From Ramazzottius varieornatus (Eukaryota; Animalia; Tardigrada): 64,000 nucleotides of DNA. The stretch's first letter is position 1. Each line of letters begins with the position of its first letter. This document shows, piece after piece, positions 26,891-41,000 of the stretch. Position numbers and translations under genes: made by a program. Where the stretch lies: assembly GCA_001949185.1 (NCBI GenBank), contig BDGG01000013.1, positions 1,595,471 through 1,659,470 on the forward strand. The letters are read 5' to 3'. The notes under the pieces were generated by a model that was given only the letters and a program-made list of their open reading frames with translations, was not told the DNA's origin and ran no database searches.

Positions 26891-28106
26891 ATGCCGCATC
26901 CCGTCAACTTCGTCTTAGACTGGACCATCCCGAACTTCTCCCTCTTCCGCACGCACAAGCGGCCCGTTCCATCAATTAAACGAGTGCTGGGAAAGTCCAC
27001 TTGATACCTGGACATCTATCCTCTCGATCCAAATGGTGCATACGACTCTCCTCCAACGAAGAATGTCGGGCTTTACCTGGTCCATAGCCAGCAAGGAAAT
27101 GCTCCCTTCTCCATCGGAGTCAACGCGAAGCTGGGGTTTGCAATCATTCGTGTCACCTCTCAGAAAATATAGTGGACTAAAGTTAGCGTATGTAACGTAC
27201 CAGCGACACTGACCAAGGTGTTCTTTCTTTCCTTCGCAGGGTGGTCGACGTTGCGGGTAACTTTCTGGACGGGATGCATATCCGGAGTCTGGACTACATA
27301 CTCACTGGAACTGAAACGTACTGCGGAAGTCCTGTCATGGTGAAACATTGGCAACAATGGGGCGCACGTGCCACGGGACTCGTGGACGGGGCGCTGAAGT
27401 TGCGAGCGGAGGTGAGCTACATGTCGCTGGACGCCATCTTACCATCCCCGTCCCAGCAGCCATCTTTGGATAGTGTGGGTGATCTATAGAAGAGTTTTCA
27501 TCGACTGTACGAAGGCTTTGTCAAACACGACTTGTTCTGGTGACGCCTGATGGCTTCGAAATATCTGCTGACCGAGCCGTGTTGATGGCTCGATCGCCGG
27601 TCTTTTTGGGTAACCCAGCAAGCTAATTTTTTGGTGATTGCTGACGTAAAGATTTTACCAATTACGTATCTTATCTCGATTTTTGTGTGCGTTTTTTAGG
27701 CATGTTGCAGTCGCAAATGACAGAGAATCGAACAGGTCGATGTGTCTTTCCCGACATGCCCAAGTCAGTCCTAATTCCTGTGGTCAAGTTCATGTACAAC
27801 GGCTCCCTCGACGGAGGGATCGAAGACGATCCGGTCAGCGTCTTGCTCGCGGCTGACAGGTTGCAGGTTACTGGACTGGCGAAGCACTGCGAAGAGATTT
27901 TGATTGGGCAGTTGACGTCGGAGAATGTGGTGGATCTGCTGCTCCTGGCTGGCAAGGTTCCCGCACTGCCTTTGAAAGACGACCGGCTTCGCTTCGTTCG
28001 CAACAACTTGGCAGCCTTGAAGGGATCTGGAGCCATTAAGATGTTGATGGAGAAAGCTGGTGCCGAGCTGGTCGACGAAATCATGGCTTCTGTCTCGAAC
28101 GTTTGA
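26891..28106 (+). pseudogene. MATH-BTB (SPOP-like) copy 2, MATH disrupted, BTB C-terminal exon open
   Basis: MPHPVNFVLDWTIPNFS...GKST*YLDIYP (TGA 27002-27004 at the conserved Trp); further stops; open exon MTENRTG...VKFMYNG...LLAADRLQVTGLAKHCEE. Confidence 0.75.
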
Positions 28107-28476
28107 GCAGGATCTTCAGAGTATCGTTTTGCATCTGTTTGCTATTTTAGATGGAGTTCCTCCTGTGCGGTTCAATGGTTTCTCCTATGTAACAAGGATA
28201 CTTGGTACGTACGGTAGTAATAATGACCAATTAATCATTTGCAACAGCTTTTTTATTCGGTTCGGTACTGACTGTCTGATGATTCACCAAAGCATTTACG
28301 ATCCTTCGTGTAGGGATTTCCGCTAATGACTTATGCACTAGGAAAGTTCGAGGTGAAAACATACACTCGTTTTTTACCCAGATAGGGAAATTCGTTCATC
28401 CAGGTTAAGATGGCGTATGGTTCTGATGTTCGCGATTGTCAAAGTCAAAGTCTAACCTTGGAACAAGCGCGGATTA

Positions 28477-29684
28477 TCAGACAAGCATTTGGTCTATCGA
28501 TCTTCCCCGGTCACCGACGGATAAGAAATGGCGGATCGGTTCAACTTCGGATCTAACGTGCACGGACGGTTGAGTTGTGCCATAATTGTCAGGTGGCGGT
28601 ACTGTCGTCAAGACAGGCATAGGCACAGGCGGGCAAATAGTACTGTTGCGACGTGTGGTTCGTGAGGAACCCCTTCGGTAAGTGTACCCCGCTTGCCGCT
28701 CCCATCGCGCCACTACGCACACTTGGAACAGCCCACAAATACTGAGGAAAACTATGAAGGCCACAACCTAATGAAAAATCGCTGGTTATCATTACGTATA
28801 CGAGTACTCCAATACAAGAACTCCTGTAAATTTTGTGACACTTACGAAAAATATTCCAACGAAGATCAACAGTCTGAAATGAAACCATATTTCTTTTTTC
28901 GTTTTTGTGAGCGCATAGAGTGGATTTGATCAAGTTTTGGTCGGACAAACTGGTCAAATTTTGGTGGACGTTTTGGTCGATTCTTTTGGCTAATGGTCAA
29001 AATGCGCCAGTTTATTTTGACCAATGGTCAAATAAACATGCGAGGTTTTGACCATTGGTCAAATATTGACCAAAAGGTCAGTCATAAATTGACCNNNNNN
29101 NNNNNNNNNNNNNNNNNNNNNNNNNNNNNNNNNNNNNNNNNNNNTCCACTCTACTTAGCGTAAACGCACGACGATGAAGTTCGGACCAGGCGATTCCGAA
29201 ACAGTGGCACGGAAGTACGTATGCACGCCGCTAATTGGCTAGGAGGCACTTCCCGACAATTTTCTACGGTTGAATTTTGGCTTTGCCGTCGTTTTCGTCT
29301 GGCCAATAATTTTATTGGCCCATACTTCCTCCGCGTGCGTGTACAGAGAATGATCTGTTTTCGACATTTCGCCTACCCGACGCTGGTTCTCCCGAATCCA
29401 ACTTGGTTAACAATATAGGTGCTCCATTCGCAACATTCTTTCTTGCCGTCTTCTGTTCCACAACAGAAAGCGGGAACCCTAGCTTCTGTGGTCCACTCGG
29501 GACAGGGTGACATTTCATAGTTGATCTCCCCCGTACTGGAATCGACCCGCACACTTTCGCAACCATTTGGCGCCGTTGACAGAGTAGTTTCTGGCCCGGG
29601 ATCTAGTCCGCTGTGGAAAAGGCTGTGGTTGAGCGCTGGATAAATAAAAGAGATCATCATTGCAAATGCGATATTCAAAGACAC
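28477..29684 (-). CDS. Shisa/WBP1/VOPP1-like single-pass membrane protein
   Basis: Cys pattern C..C..FCCG..ECC, then TM VAFIVFLSICGLFQVCVVA and a Pro-rich tail PPVPMP..PPPDNY. Confidence 0.6.
28918..29151. mobile_element. MITE family B, copy 2 (contains N gap 29095-29144)
   Basis: TA-GAGTGGATTTGATC ... TCCACTC-TA with TTGACC/GGTCAA repeats. Confidence 0.75.
29163..29341. mobile_element. MITE family A, copy 3 (diverged)
   Basis: AACGCACGACGA ... CCGCGTGCGTG-TA; interior alignable with the copy at 6629. Confidence 0.7.
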
Positions 29685-32262
29685 AGGCGAGCTCGAAGGA
29701 GTCGAACTCTAGACTTTCCAGACTGGAATAATGCGCTAACAGAACGCTAAACGATTATTATGAGATCACTACTGTATAGCGTGAATTTTTTCCCGGAATT
29801 CTTATACATAAGTCAACGGGCTAGAGTGACAGTGCGTTAGAAAATTGTTTCCACCATAGAAAGAAAATATGAGATTCCAGGAAAGTGGTTAACTAAAAGG
29901 GTTGCACGGTGTAATTAAACTTACAGTCAACGCGTGCGTGAACGAGTTTGGAGGGCTCGATTAAGATCAACGAAATAATGGCCAAAGTAAAATAATTAGT
30001 CCGATCCCGTTGGTAACTCCTCCACGTTTCCAGCAATGATACCTTCATTACGCACGACGCACCCGGGACATCAGGAAGGAGGGAGGTGGGTTGGTGGTGG
30101 AGGAGGATATAGAAATAACTCAGAAAGGTGTCAACTTCACCGGCGATGCCGACAACTCTGATTGATTTTGGGTGTCGTTTTACAATGCATCCGGAAACGA
30201 GCTACATTGGGATATTGTCACGCCGGATCTGTCGTTGAAGTCCCGCTGATATCTTTAATCAAAAGGAGCTCTGTGAAAAATGACGGCTGATCAAACAGAC
30301 CCCAGCAGAACAGAAAGAGCAATTCATTCAGCCAGTGATGGAAACATAACCGTGACGTTATCTACAGTTGGTATAGGGTGCTCATTGTCCACAGTGACGT
30401 CATGAGCCCTATTATCGCAACGGTGCCCAACTCATCGTCTGTTGGGATTCTGATTCAAAGCGTAACAGCAGCTCCTCGAGAATATCTTCAAGTGGGGTGT
30501 TTCTTTTCTTTTCATCACGGCGCCATACTCATTAGAAGATTTCCTCCGTAATCGGTCTTGACGTTGAGTTTGCAAAACTGTGTCCATCAACAATAGGGGT
30601 CGTAATTATCGCGCCCACACAAAAGCCATGAATCCCGCAAAGATTTTCAAGCAACACTCAGAATGTAGCTAGAATGGTTCTCCGAGAATCGTCATTTGTG
30701 GGATGGAAACCCACTTGTTCCAGTCCTCGTAGCATGGAAATGAACTCCGGGATTGTAGAGCAAACAGACTGGCAAAGTGAAAATGCGGATTCAATGGTAC
30801 TTGCAAGTCGATGCACGTAGAAATGGCTCTTGAAATATTTTTAACGACGACACAAGGCAGGAATAAATGGCCAACTGTATATGTAATGTGCTGATGAGTG
30901 ACGATAAGAAAAACAAATGGAGGAGACTTTCCTCGATGGAGAAACGACCGACTAACCTCTTTGAGCTGGATAAAAACAAGGAAACGGCAGTCTGAACAGT
31001 TGACTTCCTGGTTGATGTCCCCTGTTCAGTTTTCCATCATCGTCTTCCATACAGCCATAAATCTCGATAAATCCGTCTTGGCAATCCCCTTTATGATACT
31101 TAACAAGAGCAGGCTTGTAGGGAGACTGTTTCCGTCCCTGTGTGCTGTGGACCCTGACGTCCCGAAAACGTCGCTGGTTAAGTTATGGTGGTTAAGGAAT
31201 TCAATACAGCTGAATATCCGATAGTGTTTACTTAAAGATTTCATTCTTACTGTAACTACATAGAAAATGAGCTGTGAACTGCAACGACCATGCGCACCAC
31301 GCCTTCTTCCAATAAACCAAGTGGAAGTCTCCGGCAGGAAACGGAAGTGCCCAGGGTGGTATAATTCAATGACTGGAGAAGCTTGTTGACGACGATCGAG
31401 AACATACACTAAGCCCGTGGCTTTTAATTGTAAGATCAAGCAAAGTAAGCGAACGAAAAAAGTAAGTGGAAAATTACCCAGGATCAGCTTTGAATGAAGA
31501 AGCGGTTTCTGCTTCGAAAATTATTGACCCAATGAGATGAATCGATTCCTGAGCCGCCTAAAGTAAACTATACTACATCCTTTCGGTTACATCATGGATA
31601 ACGATCCAGGCTTAAGTCCCTCAAGAGGGGAAGTGAAAAGTGCATGCAGGAGTAAACGTTAACGGAAGAGCAGTTTCTGGATCACTAGTCAGTCGTTCCC
31701 GGTCAAATTAAAGGACGCGCTAAATAGCCCAAGTTCGCGAAACCCAAATTTTCTATCTGGACCAGAAGGTGAATTAATTGCTGCGGGTTTGCTCCTTTGG
31801 TCCAGCTGATCGGTAACGTCCGTACCGACACGGACAACTTTCTAAACAATCTTTTAGTTGAAAATTTTCCAACATACATGGCACTCAAGTTACCCATTTG
31901 ACGAGCCGAACTTTAGCATACTGCAAAAGTGACTCATGATTTAACAATGGAAATTACTTGGGTATCATCAAAAATAACTTCCAAGGACATGAATAAAGAA
32001 GCATCAGTATCATGGATCGGTTTTCATGTCAGGCGGTTACAACGTACAAAACAAGGTAAGAAAGAGCAATGAAACGGAAGGAGAAAGCATAAGCAAGGTG
32101 TTTAACAGGCGAGAGAGACTACCTCATCAACTATACGGCCGCAGTCCAGCTGTGGCCGGAAGTAGGTGGCGCCAGTCAACCTGGACCAACCAAAATTGGC
32201 GATCAGCCGGCCGCGCTCTTGCGACTGGCCAACGATATCCTCCCTAGAAGGCGAGGCTTCTT

Positions 32263-35200
32263 TCAACGGTTCAGCAGTTCGGAATGACAGCTATCACAGA
32301 CCCTGGCTGGTCCTTTGATACCCGGAAGTCCACTGGCCGTCTTACTTGAACAATCATGACAGAAGATCTCTCCGCAAGATCTGCAGTGATGCTTTCGTTG
32401 AGCCAGGCCAAAAGCCTTCCCACAGGCTGCACATTCCACAGCATGGGCATCATCGGCCCATCTTCCCCGCGACTTCAGCTTGGCGCACTCCACCTGCAGA
32501 CTCTGGTGTTCCCTGCCCAATTCGTGCATGGCCGCTAGCGAATCTTCATACTTCCTCCTGATTTGAGCAATACTCGTCTGGAGCTTTTCTTGTTCACCTT
32601 CCAGCTCCACACATTTGGCCAAGGCTAAACGCTTCTCTTGTTCGAGTTCGACTAATTTAGCCGTTGTAGCTTTGTGGGCTGACTGAACTGAATGGAGGTT
32701 TCGCTCAGCGGCTTCTCGGCTGTTCTCCACTTCTTCCAACCTCACTTCGAACTTCTTTATCACCGAGTTGTGTTCTTGCGCGTCACGGCTACCCTTTTCA
32801 ACAACTTCCTGAAGCTTCTTCTCAGCTTCTGACACTAAAGTGTTCAACCGAGTCGCTTCGTTCTCCTTCTCATTCCTCAAATTCAACAAACTGTCTTCCC
32901 TGTTCCGAATCTGTACATTCTTTTCTTCCAACTGAGCCTTAAAAGTGGTCAGGCTTTCTGCCAGCTCCACTACTCTCACAGAGAGTTCACCCAGCTGTTT
33001 CTCAAGCTGACGCTTGGCGTTATCAGCATCGTGATGAGAATCGACCAACTCGTTATACTTTGCTTCCCATTCTGCTAGTTTCTCTTCCTGTTCCTTTTCC
33101 AAACTCATCCGCTCCTCTTCAAGCTTCCTCACCTCTTCATCTTTCTGAACCAGCGTTTCCCTCAGGCGTTGAAGGTCGTTCGAGAGGGTCTTGACTGAGT
33201 CTTCCTGGATCTTTAAGTTCTTGGAGACGGCTTCGATGCGTGCCTCCGTCTCGTCTTTAGCTTCCTGAAGGAGGAGTAGTCCGTCTTGAAGTACGCCTTT
33301 CCGCTCTCGTTCCTGTACCAGGTCGTCTTCGAGCTTCTTGAATGATGTCTCGAGCTGGCTTCGGAGCTTCTCTGCTTCGGCGAGCTTGTGTTGAAGTTCG
33401 ACGAGGGAAGCTTCGAGGCTTGTTCGACCCTGGGACGACAACAGCAACTCCGACTCCTAAAATATACAAGAGACAATATTCTTCCTTATAGTTAACTGAT
33501 TAAAGAAAATAACCGAGAGCTCGGCAAACGTAATTGGGAAGATCGTTTTCCAAGTGGCGCACGCCTGCAGCCAATAACACCGAAAGTGTTTGCGTTTGGA
33601 AAACCAATCTTATCGAGTCTGTTTGCCGTAATCTTAGTCCGCGGCGGCCATGCAAAATCGTTTCCAGTAAAGACAGATTCCCATATACGACGTGCCGATG
33701 ACGCAAAATTGTACAAAACGGGACGCAAGTTCGATGACGCTATCGTAAGTGCCATGTTCAGCTGACTGAGCTTGATTTCGAAGCTGTATTTCAGCCAGTC
33801 GATCCGGACTCACGTCTGTCGTCATCGTACGAGACTGCACCTTTATCAAGACATCATCGGCGAATCATACGTACTTTCTCAAACCTCACTAACCTTTTAC
33901 TAATGAATATATTGCACGGGCCGCCGTTGTTCCCAGTGGAAAAACTCAGTACCTTTTGTTGACTAAGCATTTTCAGCTCGTGACGAAGCTTCGCGCTTTC
34001 CGTCTGTTCCATGAGAAGGATATGCTTCGTTCCTTCAACTTCTTCAGTCAGGCTCTTTACTTCGCTTGCAGACTTTGCTAGTTCCTTCGTTATGGTATCA
34101 CCAAACGACTCCGCTGTCTGCAGCTGTTCAGAAAGGGCAGACTTTTCCGCTGTCAGGTTCTCCACTTCGGCCTTACGGACCTCCAGTGTCTTCTCAGCGT
34201 CTGCCAACTGGACCGAAACACACTTTAGTTATTACCAAAATTGAAACTGATCGATGAAACGAGTACGTTTTGCATACCTTGTTTTCCAAGTCAGAATACT
34301 TCTGGGTTTGAGCATTCAAACTATTCTGAGCTTCGACCAGACGACTGTTGAGCAGCGTTCTCTCTGCTTCGTGCTGTTCGATCGTCACTTTCGTGGCCGA
34401 CGCTTCCTTCGTGAACATTTCTTCACGGTTCTGCAACTCGACAATCTGCTTCTTCAAGTCTTTCTTCGACTGCTGCAGCGACTCCCTCTCCGCGGACAAC
34501 CCCGAAACCTAAAACAGCAGACATCCCGGTTTGAAATAGAAACCACGCCACCTGCGCACTAAGTCCAATACAAACACGGCTGACTTCTATTTCACCTAAC
34601 CATATGTACAGTACCCAAACCCAGTTGAATAACTTACTTGATTGGTCAGTTCGTCCACCGTGCTTTGCAACGTCGCCGCTCTTCGTTCCAGCTCTCCTCT
34701 CGCCTTCTCGCTCTCTTTCAACTGTGCCGCCAGTTGATTCTTCTGTGTGGACTTGTCCTTCAATTCCTCTTTCATCTTCTCACTTTCCTGGTTCAGAGAA
34801 GTAATACTCGCAGTGAGTCTTTCCACTTCCGCCACGGCATTCTTCCACTTTCCAGACACCAGCAAGACTTCCTCGCTCAAGGTCTGCAGCGTATTCTCCT
34901 GGGCTTCTTTCGCCACCTTCTCGTTCCTCCTTTCTTCCTCAAAGTCCCTCTGGATTTTCTCCAACGTCGCTTTCAGCTCTGTATGTTCATTCAATAGAGC
35001 TATTCTGTTATCTTTCTCTTCTTTTAGGCTCTGAACGAACCTAGCTTCGTTGTCTGAATTCAGTTTGATTAGCGATTCTTTGTCTGCTTTCAGCTGCGAA
35101 ATCAACAGCCGAGAAGCGTCATCACCCTGGATCTTCGATGTCATCTCTTCCAACTGCGACTTCAGTTTCTGGATTTCAGTGTGGCCGGTCTCGAGTGTGG

Positions 35201-37057
35201 CGGTGGCTGACTTGACCGAGTCAGCCAAGACTTCCTTCTCTTTCTCCACTTCCGCCAGCTGAGCGATCATCGCTAGTCTTCGTTCGATCTCAGAGTTTAG
35301 CTTCGTTCTTAAATCTTCCGTCTCCTGCTTCAATCTTTCCGTCTGCGTTTTCTCGATCTCCAAATCGCGAGTTACTCTAAAGAGCTCTTCGTTCTTTGCT
35401 TCGAGTTCCTGTACTCGTTGCCTCAGCTGCAGCGAAACCTTCTCTGCTTCACTTCGTTCTGACCTTAGAGCTTCACTCAGGTTCGAATATCTTTCACTCT
35501 CAGCTTGTAACGAAGAACGTAGACCGTCTCTTTCGTTTATAAGGTTGGTGAAACTTTCAGCCTTGCTTTTCAGCTCTTCGTCTTTCAGTCTGAACTTCTC
35601 AGCCAGCTCTACTATTTTGTGCTCGACGGCGCTCTGGTCCGTCTGTTTACCTTCGTTGATCTCCGCTATTCTGCTCTGCAACCTGGAAATTTCTTTCTCG
35701 AAGTTCAACGAAGATTCCTTGGACTTGAGGTAGTTTTCTTGAGCAACTTTTCCGACTTCGATTTCTTTCTGAAGTGTGAACTTCTCAGTTTCGAAGTTTG
35801 ATCGGAGCTTGTCCAGCTCGGACAAGTGCTGAGCGGTCAGTTCTTTTGATACTTTCTTCGAGGAAGCCAGAGAGGCTTCCAAGGAATGCTTTTCGTCTTC
35901 GAGGGCGGTGATCCTCCTTTCCAGCTTGCGAATATTCTCTTCGTTGGTGTTTCTCTCGCGAGCGAGCTTCTCGAACTGCTTGTCATTTTGAGAAGCTTTG
36001 AGATTGTTCAACGAGCGTTCCTGACAAAGTGGGAAAATTTCGATGGTCAGCCATAGGTTTTATACCAGGCAACGCTGTAAGGTCCAGTGTAAAAGCTAAC
36101 ACTCTGCGGCATACCGGTATGACTGATATGAGCAGTGGGCAGAGTAGATCAGTAAGGCGGGGCTAGCTTGAGAAGTATAGAGCAACAACGAAAGGAAAAT
36201 TGCCTTTAACCGGCCAATCAAAATTGTCAAAGTTAGAGATCCTTTCCCTTCATTGGTCGTCTACGGATATTTTTCATATCATGTCCCGCTCCATGTGATG
36301 TCATTTGGCCACGCCTTACTGATCTACTCTGCCCACTGCTCATATAGAGACTGACGTTAGCAAGCCGGATAGTGCATTATAACCGACCATAAAAACGTGT
36401 CAAACGAAACCCCTGGCACGCCATAACTGTCCGACTTCCGGTTTAACATTTTCAAAATTTGTAGTGACTCGTGAAACACGAAAGTATTTCCACTCACGGT
36501 TTCGTTCAGTTTTCTCTGCATAGTATCGCTAGAGACTTTCATGGTTTCGATTTGTGCGCTGAGAGCTTGTTGCTGTCGCCGAGCAGACTGAAGTTCCTGC
36601 CGTAGTAATTCATTTCCTTCCATCAGGGCATCGTATCCATTAGCTTTGAGCATTAGTTCATCGTTATCCATGGCGAACATTCCGTTGGTCGAACCTTTCA
36701 CCACTCCATCACAGGTAGGAACGTGTGTGAGCAGTTCATTCATGGCCACGAAACTAGAATGACAGTTTGGACAGATGAAACCCTGAAACAAGAAAAAGAA
36801 TTGCCAATTGTTTGAGCTCGTTTCAGTCAATCAATGATGAATGATACTTCTAGACTTCCGGACGAGTTGGACGGAGCGACTGGAGAATGGGAACTGCCGT
36901 TTTGGGCAGGAGATATCGTCGCGTAGGATCCGACGGCTGTTCCTTCCCCGTCGTTACTCTGCATGTAAATTATGTTAGAGTTAAAATGACCACAAATTAA
37001 GACGAATAATGAATACTGTACTTCTTTCCGCCGTCCAAGTCGAAGCAGCTTATCCAT
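32263..37057 (-). CDS. EEA1: Early endosome antigen 1-like tether
   Basis: N-terminal zinc finger GFICPNC...LLTHVPTC, long coiled coil, C-terminal FYVE ([16 protein letters not shown]). Confidence 0.88.
33551..33599. repeat. Intronic N25 palindrome (EEA1 intron)
   Basis: GATCGTTTTCCAAGTGGCGCAC-25 nt-degenerate right arm-GGAAAACCAATC. Confidence 0.7.
36129..36342. mobile_element. MITE in an EEA1 intron
   Basis: TA-TGAGCAGTGGGCAGAGTAGATCAGTAAGGCG ... CGCCTTACTGATCTACTCTGCCCACTGCTCA-TA, perfect ~31-bp TIR. Confidence 0.85.
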
Positions 37058-38045
37058 CGTGGACGGTGATAAACTGAAGAGGGAAGACGTTCTCCTTGTA
37101 ACAGATTAAACGTATCGGTCTGAGACTTTGGCCTCAAAGCATTCCGTATAGTCTTTTACGGGATAATACGCTGGTAGGAGCTTATCTTAGCTATAGGAGC
37201 CCCGATACAGGTTTGAGGTAAAAGACAACGCAGGAAGTGGAAGGACAGCTGATACTGTAATAAGATAATGGAAACGAAATTTTTTGCGATCAAAACATAC
37301 AAATCTGGGCAGATGAACAATCATTTCTGCCGCTCGTCTCGCTAGGCACCATGCTGTAGTCCAAGTGTGGTGAGCAATAGTGGACGACAAGGTCGTCTTT
37401 ACTAGTGCGTTCAGCTCAAGTCTGGATGGATGATTCAGCTACTGGCTCACAGTTGCACAGTAAGGGTGCTCCAGTAGCTGCATGCACCTGCGCACATGTG
37501 GTGACGTCGTTGCAGCCCTTGTCACATCCAAAATACAGCCTTAGCAATGACGTAGTAGGTCAAGTGACGTAGAAAGAAAGCCCTGGTTCTGCGTGATTAA
37601 AGATCCTTCTTCCGATCAATCCGATGTGGCTTTTGGAGTATTCTCGGTACGCAGCTGAGTGTTATGGTCTTTTTCCGACAGATGACAAAAGGATGGCGAA
37701 AACATCGAACGCTCAATGACTACAGTCGAAGAAGCAACACACTGTTTTCCTGGACCCGAAGTAACAATCATGGTCTATGGACTCTTTAGCGTTTATGCCT
37801 TCCGTAAGGGGTAAGCTGATACTTTGACATCATGTACTCGACCGTCTTTAAACGCGGACCTTTGTTTGTCATCTTGAATGTTTTCTAGTGCACTGGGTTG
37901 ACTAAAGATCCAGATTTTTGAGTACGGGTTTCAAGCTCGTTGAGTAGTTTGGCCGCCGGACAAGTGCAACCGTCAACGTTGCGGCATCGGCATCGAAGAG
38001 CTCGGTCAACATGTCAAACTATAAAAGGAGCAACCACAGGAAAAT

Positions 38046-41000
38046 ATGTCTTCCTTTTCGGACTTCATCACTAAACTTGTCCGTTGGAAGCCACTGGTAA
38101 GGTCGAAATATTCACGATTATTGTGTGCCGGTTTTCTGTTTCGTGTCTGGGGTATTGATAATTACACTACTTATTTCCTACAGTATACTGTCAATAACTA
38201 GCGCGATTATAATTCGTCATGTTTTGCTTTTACAGGATCCAAATCGCCATTTGGAACTTGAACGGCTGCATCATTCACCTGATCAGGGAACGTCGGGTGA
38301 GGTTCCTCCTACCGCGCCGCACACCCCATGGCCTCGCGCAACGACGTCAGCCAAGGTCTTCAGTGCGGAAGCCAGCAAATGGAGGCGTCCAGCGATGCCC
38401 CAGGTGCGGATTCCCGCTTAAGCCACCAAGACAAGGAAGACGTCGGACTCGTCGAGTACCTTCGCCTGTGCAAGGCCGTCGCTGTAAGCGTAAAGTTCGT
38501 ATTACAGTCCACCGATATACCAAACCTTCCCTGATTTCTTGATTCGGATCTCAAAATTCAAGTGGAGCTTTTACCTGGTCGAAGTACGAATAGAGCTTAT
38601 TATCCTTCTCAGGAGGAGGGTCAAGCCTTCAAGATAGTGCATATGGTTGTGGGAAGTGACAGCTGCGATCTGGATTCGGTCGTGTCCTCGCTCGTCTACG
38701 CATTCCACTTGTGGAAGGTAACCCTAGACACCGGCTTCTACTTTTCCAGTTCGGCCTTATTGACAATGTGTGCTACACTTGTTCGCTGTCATTGCAGATA
38801 AACAAGGATGACACCACCGCTGTCATCCCAATACTGAACATTCCCAAGGAGGACTTTGCGCTGAGAGGTCAAGTTAAGTTGGCTCTGGAAGAACAGGGCA
38901 TCGAGCAGAGCACTCTGCTCTTTGTGGAAGATGTCGACCCAGTCCGTTATCACCAATCTGGTGCACTTGCCCTGACACTCGTTGACCACCAAAAGCCATC
39001 CGGAATTTTTGCCAGCTGTCAGGACGCTGTCGTGGAAGTCATCGACCACAAGATGGACGCCGGAAACCAAAACAACAGTCCGAGGTATTGATGCCTAACG
39101 TTTTGATCGTACTGAGATACAGGTATGTTCTACACACTGTAAGTGTAGTAAAACGGACAGAAAAGGAATTTAACACTGGATTTTTTGTTAAACTTACCAG
39201 GTCAAGTGCGCCCAGTCACTTGCTACTGTAAACATGAATTTTACATGTGAGAGCGTTTGGAAAGTTACTCTTTAATATTTTGCGTATTTGCAGCGATAAG
39301 GCGAAGGTAACGGTTGAGGTCGGCGGTTCGTGCGCCACCTTGATTGCTGGACTGTTATTGACTGACCTATCGGCTACTTCTTCGTTGACACATCTGACAG
39401 CACAGCTCTTGTACCAGACCATAGTTTTCGACACGCTGAACTTTTCTCCAGCTGGACGGGTGGCCACACCCAAGGACCTCCACGTGGCTGAGCAGCTCAC
39501 TGCCATGTTTTCTTCACGACTGTCTCGGCAAGAGATTTTCCAGAAGCTGATGGCGGCCAAGTCGGACATTGCCGACCTGTCGACAGAGCTGCTTCTCCGC
39601 AAAGATATGAAGATTGTGGAGGCAGCACGTCATGGAAGTCGGATGAGAATTGCTGCGTGTAATATACCCGTTCTGACAAAGGTACGTCGGTCCAGACGTA
39701 ATAACTAAGTTGATGAAGCAAAATTATTCCTGTACACCGCGTCGCGTAAAAGAAACTGAGATGACTTAAGCTTTGTGCAGTTGTCACCTGCGAAATTTCT
39801 GCCTTTTCAGGAGTACTTTGCTTCGGAGAAAGTGCAAGCGGAGATTCTGCTCTTCTGTCGGCATACCGGTGTGGTGGCCGCCATCATTCTGGGAAGCAGC
39901 TTACAGCTGCCCATCAGTCGCGATATGCTGATCTACGCGGAGCAATTGCGGGTGCTGAACAAGATCATTTATGTCCTGCAGACGACTCCCAAAGTCTTTT
40001 TGGACCTGCAGAAGTCCGGCAGCTTCCACGCGACGGACCACCGCTTCGAGCACTTCCAGCTGGGCAACTCCGCAGTGACATTGGACGTCATTCTTCCTGT
40101 CATCATTGAAGCCCTGACTTCACTGTCCAACTCTACGAAGCCAGCTCATATAGGCGAAACTAGTATGTGCAATTTCTTTGTTGCTGTTATCTTGTGGAAA
40201 ATTAATAGCATGTAACGACTTTGTCAAACAACCAATCGGCAGCCAAGCCATCGTGATTTCGGAATACACAACGAAGAAATCAGCAGCATAACCGTGGTCA
40301 CGTGACTCGTAAGGGCAATCAATAGCAAGAAGCATCAGGTGACGACGGGTACTCTGCCGCTTTCTTCACTGTAGTGTCACTACAGACACCACTGAAGCTT
40401 TCTACCTGTTTGCAGGTCAGAGCGAAGACGTGGATCGAGCTGTTCCAACTTCACTGGCTTTCCAACCAGTATCTCCAGCCCGTTACGCTTCGTTGAACCT
40501 TCCCGATGGACCAACCAAGAGTCCTTCAGCACGGTCGCCCAGCCGCGTCCTCGATCAGCTGAAACAAGAAGACTTTATTCCGACCGAGACCCCGTGGACC
40601 ATCGAGCGATCAGCCTCTCCTCGAAACCTGCCGCAGTCGGACAGCGAGGCGCGCAAGTACGGCAGAAGAACTGAAGGCAGTGGCCATGATGTGGTCGACG
40701 GCAACCCAGCATCGCAGTTGGCGCCCGAGGAAGACAACAAAGCGCTCATGACACCCAACAATCCACAACCACCAGCCCAGACTGTGACCCCATCTGACGA
40801 GCAAGGGTCGACGGATACTGAGGATGACAATGAAAATGAGAAGGTTGTCATCGAAGAGACTGCCATTCCGAAGGGAGGCGTGGTGGAGACGGAAAGCCTC
40901 GTCGAAGCAGATGTAATCCAACATAGTTCGGCTAAATCTGAAGACGGCAAAGCTGGCGAGAAGAAGCGCTCGAAACTGGACCTGGGCTGGTTGTCGTCTC

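Noticed and set aside
27002-27004. TGA at a conserved Trp as stop-codon reassignment or selenocysteine
   Set aside because: Other genes here use TGG for Trp and TGA as stop, and the same copy has further lesions, so a nonsense mutation is simpler
29900-31900. Short ORFs between the Shisa-like gene and EEA1
   Set aside because: No recognisable domain or consistent splice model; may include EEA1 3' UTR or decayed sequence
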